Shown: positions 48,207 through 55,678 of the stretch, one piece after another
Position numbering within the stretch: position 1 is the first letter of the stretch
How the letters are laid out: every line of letters begins with the position of its first letter
Assembly (NCBI GenBank): GCA_025362975.1
Contig: JANYES010000011.1
Coordinates: forward strand, 129,581 to 193,580
Origin: Alphaproteobacteria bacterium
GTDB taxonomy: Bacteria; Pseudomonadota; Alphaproteobacteria; Rickettsiales; SXRF01
Direction: 5' to 3'
Length of the DNA: 64,000 bases
Program-made: the position numbers and the translations under genes
The notes under the pieces: model-generated
Told to the model about the DNA's origin: nothing
Databases searched by the model: none
The model's input: only the letters and a program-made list of their open reading frames with translations

Positions 48207-49822
48207 CATTACCGACCCGCGAGCGTTTGCAAGCGCTCACCGCGCATGCGCGCCAACACAAATGGCTGCGCCCCGGCTATATCGCTTTCGCCGCTTATGT
48301 CCTGTTCGTACTGCACAGCGCCTGGGTTTCCGAAGATGCCTACATCACCTTACGCGTCCTCGATAATTTCTTCCACGGCTACGGCCTGCGCTGGAATATC
48401 AGCGAGCGCGTGCAGGTCTACACCCATCCGCTCTGGATGCTGCTGCACATTCCGCTCAACGTTATCTTCAGCAATCTCTTCCTAAGTAACGTCATCTTGT
48501 CCGTCGTCTGCATGGGCGGCGCCGTTTACCTCACCCTTGCCACCGTAAAAAAACCGCTGCTGGTGACGCTGTGCTGCCTATACCTGCCGCTGCTCGCCTC
48601 CAAAGCCCTGCGCGATTACTCCACCTCCGGCCTTGAAAACCCGCTTAGCGACCTGCTCTTTGCCGCCTTCGGCTATGTCCTGCTCAAGCGCTACGACCAC
48701 CCTAAATTCTGGCTCTATCTGTCACTGGCCACATCGCTATCGCTCCTCAACCGCTTAGACACCATCATCCTCTACGCGCCCACCCTCACATGGCTCGCCT
48801 ACAACCGCACCCGCGACATCAACTGGAAACACGCCGCTCTCGGCACCCTTCCGCTGCTCCTCTGGTTCGCCTTCTCGCTGTTCTATTACGGCTTCCTTTT
48901 CCCCAACACCAAATACGCCAAGCTCGACACCGCCCTTGCCGCCTTCCGCTACGTGCGCCACGGTATCGCCTACATGAGATACACAATGATCATGGACCCG
49001 GTAACGGCGCTGGCAACCCTCGTGGCATTTGGCTGCCTCATCATGGCTTTGATGAAAACCCCGCCCGTCCTGTACCGCCTCAACCACCTTCCCACCTGCA
49101 TCGCCATCGGGGTCTGCTGGTACGTGTTTTACGTCATTTACATCGGCGGCGATTACATGGTCGGCCGTTTCTGGGCCTTGCCCGCCTTCATCGGCGTCTG
49201 GCTGCTTTACGTGTTCCTGCCCGACAACCTTAACCCGAAAATCTTCTACTCACTCGCCGTCTTTCTCTTCGTCATCGGCACCCCCTTCCCCATCGCTAAT
49301 TCCTTACGCAAACACTGCCCCGCCTGTTACATGAACCCCCACCCGATGATCGACGCCAAGATGATGTTCAGCGGCAATTTCCTCTTCCCAGCCACCGGCG
49401 GCATCAACACCGATGCCCACCATAAATTCGTCGGCTGGGCGGAGGCGCTTTCCAAAAAAGCCCCCGGCCACGTCGAAAAAGCCCATTTCATTGGCATGCT
49501 CGGCTATTACTCCGGCCCCGGCAACGTGCTGATCGACGAACTGGCGCTGGCCGACCCGCTCCTGGCCCGCCTGCCCGTCACCCGCGAAGACGGCTTCTTC
49601 ACCGGCCATTTCAAACGCGCCATCCCTGATGGCTACATCTACGCCGTCAAAACCGGATCCACCGAAAAAATGGACCCATCGCTTGCACTTTACTACGAGA
49701 AGCTTAGGCTGATCACCTCCGGCGATCTGCTGGACCCCGCGCGCCTGAAAACCATCATCGCCTTCAATTTAGGAACCTATGAGCATTGGAAACGAGACTA
49801 TCTCACTTGTAGCGTCTGGTAA
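48188..49822 (+). CDS. Polytopic GT-C-type glycosyl(arabinosyl?)transferase
   Basis: More than 10 predicted TM helices. First-loop acidic motif WVSEDAYITLRVLDNF. Overlaps both neighbours. Confidence 0.65.
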   Translation: MEIPRVTLPTRERLQALTAHARQHKWLRPGYIAFAAYVLFVLHSAWVSEDAYITLRVLDNFFHGYGLRWNISERVQVYTHPLWMLLHIPLNVIFSNLFLSNVILSVVCMGGAVYLTLATVKKPLLVTLCCLYLPLLASKALRDYSTSGLENPLSDLLFAAFGYVLLKRYDHPKFWLYLSLATSLSLLNRLDTIILYAPTLTWLAYNRTRDINWKHAALGTLPLLLWFAFSLFYYGFLFPNTKYAKLDTALAAFRYVRHGIAYMRYTMIMDPVTALATLVAFGCLIMALMKTPPVLYRLNHLPTCIAIGVCWYVFYVIYIGGDYMVGRFWALPAFIGVWLLYVFLPDNLNPKIFYSLAVFLFVIGTPFPIANSLRKHCPACYMNPHPMIDAKMMFSGNFLFPATGGINTDAHHKFVGWAEALSKKAPGHVEKAHFIGMLGYYSGPGNVLIDELALADPLLARLPVTREDGFFTGHFKRAIPDGYIYAVKTGSTEKMDPSLALYYEKLRLITSGDLLDPARLKTIIAFNLGTYEHWKRDYLTCSVW

Positions 49823-50537
49823 GACCGTACTGGTCGTAGGCGCCACGTCGTCGCTGGCGCGCGCGCTGTGCCACACCCTCGCCCGCGAGGGTTACGGGCT
49901 GGTCGTCACCGGGCGCGACGAGGAAGAAATCAACCTGCTTGCCGGTGATATCGTGCTGCGCCACAACGTGCCCGTCATGACGCTTACCGAAGATTTCCTC
50001 AGCGAATATTTCACCGCCGAATCCTTCATCGCCCGCTCAGGCGAGTTCGACCACATCATCATCACCACCGGTACGATGGGCAGCGGCGATCCTCTAAGCC
50101 TCAACGACATCGCCTTCACCAGCCACATCAACTACACCCTCCCCGCACAGATCGCCACCCTCGCCGCCCAGAAATTCGCCGCCACCGGCGATGGCTCCAT
50201 CGTCATCATCTCCTCCGTCGCCGGTGATCGCGGCCGCCAGAGCAACTACGCCTACGGCAGCGCCAAAGCCGCCCTCACCGCGTTCGCCTCCGGCCTTCGC
50301 AATTACTTCTACAAACAAGGCGTCCACGTCATGACCGTCAAACCAGGCTTCATCGACACGCCGATGACATGGGGAATGCAAAGCCCGCTCATCGCCAGCC
50401 GCGAATACGTCGCTGGCAAGATTGTGCAGTCGATGCATAAAAAAAAGGACGTGATCTACGTGCCGTTTTTCTGGCGCTATATTATGCTGATCATCATGCA
50501 TATCCCTGAAGGGATATTTAAGAAGCTGAAGCTGTAA
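49779..50537 (+). CDS. Short-chain dehydrogenase/reductase, DprE2-like
   Basis: VLVVGATSSLARAL (TGxxxGxG variant), SSVAG, YAYGSAKAA (YxxxK), VKPGFIDTPM. Confidence 0.8.
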   Translation: MSIGNETISLVASGKTVLVVGATSSLARALCHTLAREGYGLVVTGRDEEEINLLAGDIVLRHNVPVMTLTEDFLSEYFTAESFIARSGEFDHIIITTGTMGSGDPLSLNDIAFTSHINYTLPAQIATLAAQKFAATGDGSIVIISSVAGDRGRQSNYAYGSAKAALTAFASGLRNYFYKQGVHVMTVKPGFIDTPMTWGMQSPLIASREYVAGKIVQSMHKKKDVIYVPFFWRYIMLIIMHIPEGIFKKLKL

Positions 50538-50787
50538 CAGAACCCAAAAAGGCGATATCAACGGTGATTTCCCAGACGGCCCGCGAGATGTCGTTTTTAC
50601 AGCGCATGATCAGGAATTAGCGGCCATCTATGCGCTAAAAACCGAGCACATGCTTTGTGCAGGTGTCTGCGATGGAAAAAATGTGGGTATTTCAGAGATT
50701 ATGATGGCAGGAAAAAGGAATTAGCACATTCCGTTGCAAGTATTTACGTATTACCCAGCGATACGCTCACCCACACCTTAAGCGCCG

Positions 50788-50970
50788 ATGGAAAACCCAC
50801 GTTTGAACGCGCAAACCGGCATCCAACCCGTCACACTTGAAAAATCCGAGTTCGCGGAAGTTTTAAAAGAGGATATTGATTGGCTAAAGCAGCAGATGCT
50901 TACGAAACAAACCGAGCCTAAAAAAATCTGGGCGACATCGCTTGTTGACCGACAAGGTCGCGCTTTTTAA
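50788..50970 (+). CDS. Small ORF (60 aa), possibly the last piece of a decayed gene
   Basis: Protein-like sequence EKSEFAEVLKEDIDWLKQQML. Preceded by two other short protein-like frames. See the finding at 50538-50966. Confidence 0.25.
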   Translation: MENPRLNAQTGIQPVTLEKSEFAEVLKEDIDWLKQQMLTKQTEPKKIWATSLVDRQGRAF

Positions 50971-51560
50971 AACGGCAGCCGCGCCTTAAGCGCTGCGCCC
51001 AGCGTTCCGTCATCCAGATAATCCAGCTCGCCGCCCATCGGAATCCCCTGCGCGAGGCGCGAGATGGTGACGTTGCAGCTTTCAAGCCGCGTGGTCAGGT
51101 AATGCGCCGTTGTCTGGCCTTCAATCGTGGCGTTAGTGGCAAGGATGATTTCTTTGACGCTGTCGCGCGCCGCGCGTTCAATCAGCGGTTCGATATTGAG
51201 CTGCGCGGGGCCGCGGTCGTCCATCGCAGAAAGCGTGCCGCCGAGAACGTGGTATTGGCCTTTATACAAATTGCAGCGTTCAATGGCCCACAAATCCGCC
51301 AGCTCCTCGACGATGCAGATCACCGACGGGTCGCGGCGCGCATCGGCGCAGATGCCGCACGGGTCGTGGCTGTCGAGGTTGCCGCAGACGCTACAGGTGC
51401 GAATCGACGTCAGCGATCGTTCCAGCGTGCTTGCCAGCGGCGCCATCAGTTTTTCTTTTTGCCGGATGATATGCAGCACCACTCGGCGCGCCGAGCGCGG
51501 GCCTAGCCCCGGCAGCTTTCCGAACAGGCGGATCAGCTCATCGATATCGGAATGGGCCAT
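50967..51560 (-). CDS. recR: Recombination protein RecR
   Basis: LIRLFGKLPGLGPRSARRVVLHI, Cys4 zinc finger CSVCGNLDSHDPCGIC, Toprim IVEELADLWAIE...ATNATIEGQTTAHYL. Confidence 0.95.
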   Translation of the reverse strand: MAHSDIDELIRLFGKLPGLGPRSARRVVLHIIRQKEKLMAPLASTLERSLTSIRTCSVCGNLDSHDPCGICADARRDPSVICIVEELADLWAIERCNLYKGQYHVLGGTLSAMDDRGPAQLNIEPLIERAARDSVKEIILATNATIEGQTTAHYLTTRLESCNVTISRLAQGIPMGGELDYLDDGTLGAALKARLPF

Positions 51561-51566
51561 GTAATA

Positions 51567-51887
51567 TTAGAACGGGAGCTTAAAGCCCGGCGGCAAGTTA
51601 AGGCCGCTGGTCATCTGCGACATCTGGGAGGAAGCGGCTTCGTCGATTTTGCCGCGCGCGTCGTTATAGGCCGCAACCAGCAAATCTTCGAGCACTTCTT
51701 TTTCTTCGAGCTTCATCAGGCTGTCGTCGATGGAGACGTTCAGCATCATATTCTTGCCGTTGATCTTGATTTTGACCATGCCGCCGCCAGCGCTGCCTTC
51801 GCGTTCTTCGAGTTCCAGCTTGGCTTGCATTTCCTGCATTTTATTCTGCATGTCGGCTGCCTGTTTCATCATCTTCTGTATATTCAT
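51567..51887 (-). CDS. ybaB: Nucleoid-associated protein YbaB/EbfC
   Basis: MMKQAADMQNKMQEMQAKLE...GGGMVKIKINGK...LEDLLVAAYNDA. Confidence 0.92.
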   Translation of the reverse strand: MNIQKMMKQAADMQNKMQEMQAKLELEEREGSAGGGMVKIKINGKNMMLNVSIDDSLMKLEEKEVLEDLLVAAYNDARGKIDEAASSQMSQMTSGLNLPPGFKLPF

Positions 51888-51931
51888 CGTCTTCTCCTAA
51901 AAATTTAGTCACTTAACTATTGGTAACGCCC

Positions 51932-53554
51932 CTAACTATTCGTAACACCTACCAGCTTTGCGCCCGGGAACTGGTCAAACACGCTGGAAACAAGCGGGTG
52001 CACCGAGGCATCCTGCATCTGTTTTTCTTTACGCGCTGTTTCGATTTCATGCAAGCTCGCACTGCCCAGCTCGTCCGACTGCCCCACGGACCAGCTTTGA
52101 CCCGTCCACTTAGTCAGGCAACTCGCTACCTGTGTGACGAAGTCACGCGGCAGGCCCGCCTTGATATTGATCTCAATCACGCCCGGCGCAAAACGCACGA
52201 GGCGGACATCGTTAGTGAGCTGCGCATGCTTGAGCGGCTCACGGTTCTGGTGGAACAAAGCCACAGCCGCTTCAAAACTATCAGCCGTGGCAAGGGCCGG
52301 TGCCGGGGTTTCTTCAATCCGCGCCATCGCCGGTGCCACCGGTGTGCTTTGCGCCGGTTGGCTGCTCACAAGCACGGGTTTCGCGGCAGCTGGCGCATCC
52401 CCGCCTGAGCGAATCACATCCGCCGGTGTCGGCAATTGCGCCGCGTAAGCAATACGCACCATCAGCATTTCAAGTGCCGCCAGCGGCGATGGCGCCATGC
52501 GCACTTCGGTAATGCCTTTGAGCAACATCTGCCACAGGCGTGTAATCACCGGCATGCTTAAGCGCGAGGCCATGCTTTTAGCCGCCTCGCGGTCATGCTC
52601 GGAAATTGAAACATCGTTAATGGCCTGAGGCGCCACTTTCATGCGCGTGATCAGATGCGCCACTTCGAGGGCATCCTGCACCATCATCAACGGGTCCGAA
52701 CCCGCGTTATACTGGTTGCCGACTTCCATCAGCGCTTCGGCGGTTTCGCCCTTGAACAAGGTTTCGAGCAAGCGGAACGTTGCGGTTTTATCTGCCGCAC
52801 CGATCATCTGGCGCACGCTCGCGGCCTTGACCACAATGAAGCCGTCTTCCTGCATCCCGCGCGAAATGGCTTGGTCTAATAACGAGAGCGAATCACGCAC
52901 GGAACCTTCCGCAGCCACCGCGATCAGCTTCAGCGATTCGTCATCCACCGCAATTTCTTCCTGTTTCGCGATATTGCCCAGATGCGAAGCCAGCATTTCC
53001 ATCGTAATGCGTTTCAAATCGAACCGCTGGCAGCGCGACAGTATCGTCACCGGGATTTTGCGCGACTCGGTGGTCGCGAAAATGAATTTCACATGTGGCG
53101 GCGGTTCTTCAAGCGTCTTGAGCAACGCGTTGAACGCGTTGTTGGAGAGCATGTGCACTTCATCGATGATGTATATTTTATAGCGCGCCGAGGTCGGCAG
53201 GTAGCGCACCGAGTCGATCAGCTCGCGCACGTCATCGACGCCGGTGTGGCTCGCGGCATCCATTTCCAGAATATCGACATGCCGGTCTTCGGCGATCATT
53301 TTACAGTTGGCGCATACGCCGCACGGGCTGATGGTCGGACCACCCGTGCCGTCCGGCCCGATGCAGTTGAGCGCGCGCGCGATGATGCGGGCGGTGGTGG
53401 TTTTACCCACGCCGCGAATGCCGGTGAGCAAAAACGCATGCGCGATGCGGTTGGTTTTGATGGCGTTGGAAAGCGTCTGCACGAGCACGTCCTGCCCGAT
53501 CAGGTGATCGAAGCTGGCCGGGCGGTATTTACGGGCGAGAACGCGATATTCCAT
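51932..53554 (-). CDS. dnaX: DNA polymerase III subunits gamma/tau
   Basis: MEYRVLARKYRPASFDHLIGQ...AFLLTGIRGVGKTTTARI...CGVCANC...IYIIDEVHMLS. The track ORF start at 53620 reads through the SRP RNA and is rejected. Confidence 0.93.
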   Translation of the reverse strand: MEYRVLARKYRPASFDHLIGQDVLVQTLSNAIKTNRIAHAFLLTGIRGVGKTTTARIIARALNCIGPDGTGGPTISPCGVCANCKMIAEDRHVDILEMDAASHTGVDDVRELIDSVRYLPTSARYKIYIIDEVHMLSNNAFNALLKTLEEPPPHVKFIFATTESRKIPVTILSRCQRFDLKRITMEMLASHLGNIAKQEEIAVDDESLKLIAVAAEGSVRDSLSLLDQAISRGMQEDGFIVVKAASVRQMIGAADKTATFRLLETLFKGETAEALMEVGNQYNAGSDPLMMVQDALEVAHLITRMKVAPQAINDVSISEHDREAAKSMASRLSMPVITRLWQMLLKGITEVRMAPSPLAALEMLMVRIAYAAQLPTPADVIRSGGDAPAAAKPVLVSSQPAQSTPVAPAMARIEETPAPALATADSFEAAVALFHQNREPLKHAQLTNDVRLVRFAPGVIEINIKAGLPRDFVTQVASCLTKWTGQSWSVGQSDELGSASLHEIETARKEKQMQDASVHPLVSSVFDQFPGAKLVGVTNS

Positions 53555-53596
53555 GAAATCCTTTTTCCCGGTAAAGGGAATTGGCTGGGTTTTAAG

Positions 53597-53684
53597 GGAC
53601 TGGTGGCGACCCGAAGCCATAACCGCTACGGCTGCTTCCTTTCGGATCTGACCGGATTTACGGGGACTTCGCCCGCCACCAGCC
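53597..53684 (-). ncRNA. ffs: Signal recognition particle RNA (4.5S-type)
   Basis: Reverse strand GGCUGGUGGCG...GGUCAGAUCCGAAAGGAAGCAGCCGUAGCGG...CGCCACCAGUCC. The domain IV core matches E. coli GGUCAGGUCCGGAAGGAAGCAGCC, with a GAAA tetraloop. Terminal 10-bp closing helix. Conserved position upstream of dnaX. Ends are +/- a few nt. Confidence 0.85.
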
Positions 53685-53728
53685 TTTGCGGATTATGGGA
53701 GAATAGTTAAAGGGGTGCAAGCAGAATA

Positions 53729-54604
53729 TTAACGGTCGAAACCGGGACGCAATTCAGGATATTGCAATCGTTCGCCCACGCGGACGAATTTGGCCGTAAT
53801 ATCTTTATATTCCTCGAATACCGCCAGTGCTTTGTCAAGAATCACATGGCCCTTATCGTCCAGCGCCTCACGAGCTTGTGACAGCTTTGTCCATTTGCGG
53901 GTTTTTCTGTCGACCCCGTTGGCGGATGGGTAGGTTTCGGAATAGGCGTTCAACGGCGTGCCTTTGGCCAGCGTCACATGGCGCACAAAAGCAGCCTAAG
54001 CGCGGGCATATTCCGCCGGTTCACCGTGGATGATGGACCCGAGCGCATCGGCGAGCACCTCGTGCCGGTGGTTCTTCGGCCGCAGCGACTCTTGCACCCG
54101 GTTTTCCACATTCCTGTCGCCGTTGGCCAGATGCCCCATCTCATGCGCCATCACCGCTTTGAACTGGTCTTTGTGGTCAAGGAAGTGCTCGCGCGCGACC
54201 TCGTTCATTTCTATATAACCCTCCACATCCACCCCCACGCTCGGTATCGCGAAGCTCACGCCCACAAGCTGCTCGCTGGAATAAGAGCGCGGTTTGCGGA
54301 TAATCACGATGGGCGGCGTTTTAAAAAGCCCACTGGCCGTCGCCATCTCATCCACGATATGTTGCATTTCGGCAATCTGCGGGTCTTTAGATTTGCCTGC
54401 GGCGATGATGGACTTCGAATCAATTTTGTTTTCAATTCCGGCTTTGTTCAACTCCACCATGCGCCCGATTTTTTTCGGCAGGTAGGTAGGATTGGCATTG
54501 TGCTCAACAAACCGCTCGCGCCACGACCACGGACTTTTAGACGGGACAAACGAATCCGCGCGACCGCTGCCGTCCTCCGGCGGTTTTCCATTCGATTCCG
54601 ACAT
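53729..54604 (-). pseudogene. Soluble M48-like zinc metallopeptidase (HEMGH intact), split by in-frame TAG
   Basis: FKAVMAHEMGHLANGD (cf. the HtpX-type HExxH...NGD). ORFs 53996..54604 and 53729..53986 are in one frame, separated by TAG 53996-53998 plus 3 codons. Together they are collinear with the 307-aa paralog next door. Confidence 0.7.
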
Positions 54605-54651
54605 TGCATCACTCCCGCTACATTTAACATCTTACCGGTTAAACCGGCTTG

Positions 54652-55569
54652 TTAGTGCCCGCGCCCGGGTTTAGGTTCGACCATGTCGAACTGTAACAGG
54701 GCGTTCAAATAGCCTTTGGTAAACTCCTCGGAGCGCTGCATGATTTCACCGGCGCGCTCCAGAATCACGTTGCCTTGCTTATCTACCGCGCCCTGGTCTT
54801 CAAGGATATCGGCCCATTTATTGAGCATGCGCGCCGTGCCGTTGACTGAATGATGGGTCATGGTATGGCGTGTGAGCTTATCTTCATGGCTCACATGGTT
54901 CATGTTGAGCTTATGCATCTCCTCGGCGAATTGCCGCGGGTTGCCATGAATCACCGCGCCGAGGCGCAGCGCGAGTGCCTGGTTCTTCTGGTTGGCCGGG
55001 TTGACTGCCGCTTCGATCTTTTCCGACATGGTCGTGCCACCGTTGACGAATTCGCCCATCGCCACCGCCATCGCCGCTTTGAACTGCTCGGGATGTTCGA
55101 CGAAATACTCTTTCGATGTTTCGTTGATGTCGATATAGTCGCGCAGCATCACCGACACCGGCGTCTCCTCGCGCACGAACGGCGAGTCCTGCGTATGGAT
55201 GAGTAGTTTTGGCACATTCTCGGTCATGCCGATGCCTGCGGCCATCTGGTCGATGACGCCTTGCATGTTTTCAAGTATCGGGTTCCCGGAGTCTCGCGCT
55301 TCGATCATCGTGCCTTTGTCGATGGCGCTGCGCAGTGTCGCGTGCGCCTCATCCAGCGCACCACCGGCAGCAGCGATGTAGCGACCTTTCGTCTGCCGGT
55401 CGCCGCGATACGCCGCGCTGTGGTGGCTCCAGTGCATCGGGTTGGTTTCAGAATCGGTCTTTTCGATTTCCGCCGGGTCCATGCGTTCGACCTTCTTAGC
55501 GGTCTTGCTGGCCCATATTTCTTTTTTCCATCCGGCGCGTTTTTCTTCGGGCGTCTTTTCGCCTGCCAT
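54652..55569 (-). CDS. Paralog of the M48-like protein with degenerate active site
   Basis: FKAAMAVAMGEFVNGG aligns with FKAVMAHEMGHLANGD. The C-terminus KWADILEDQGAVDKQGNVILERA aligns with KWTKLSQAREALDDKGHVILDKA of 53729..53986. Confidence 0.7.
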   Translation of the reverse strand: MAGEKTPEEKRAGWKKEIWASKTAKKVERMDPAEIEKTDSETNPMHWSHHSAAYRGDRQTKGRYIAAAGGALDEAHATLRSAIDKGTMIEARDSGNPILENMQGVIDQMAAGIGMTENVPKLLIHTQDSPFVREETPVSVMLRDYIDINETSKEYFVEHPEQFKAAMAVAMGEFVNGGTTMSEKIEAAVNPANQKNQALALRLGAVIHGNPRQFAEEMHKLNMNHVSHEDKLTRHTMTHHSVNGTARMLNKWADILEDQGAVDKQGNVILERAGEIMQRSEEFTKGYLNALLQFDMVEPKPGRGH

Positions 55570-55678
55570 AATCAACTTTCCATTTTGTTATCAGGCCCTG
55601 TGTATGGTAATCATATATTAACCTATACAGATTAATACTACGTTACACTTAATAACCGCCTGAATATTGTTATATTTC

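Noticed and set aside
55576-55678. A candidate dif (XerC/D) site upstream of ftsK, because of AT-rich quasi-palindromes (GGTAATCATATATTAACC).
   Set aside because: There is no resemblance to the conserved XerD arm (TTATGTTAA). dif has no reason to be next to ftsK.
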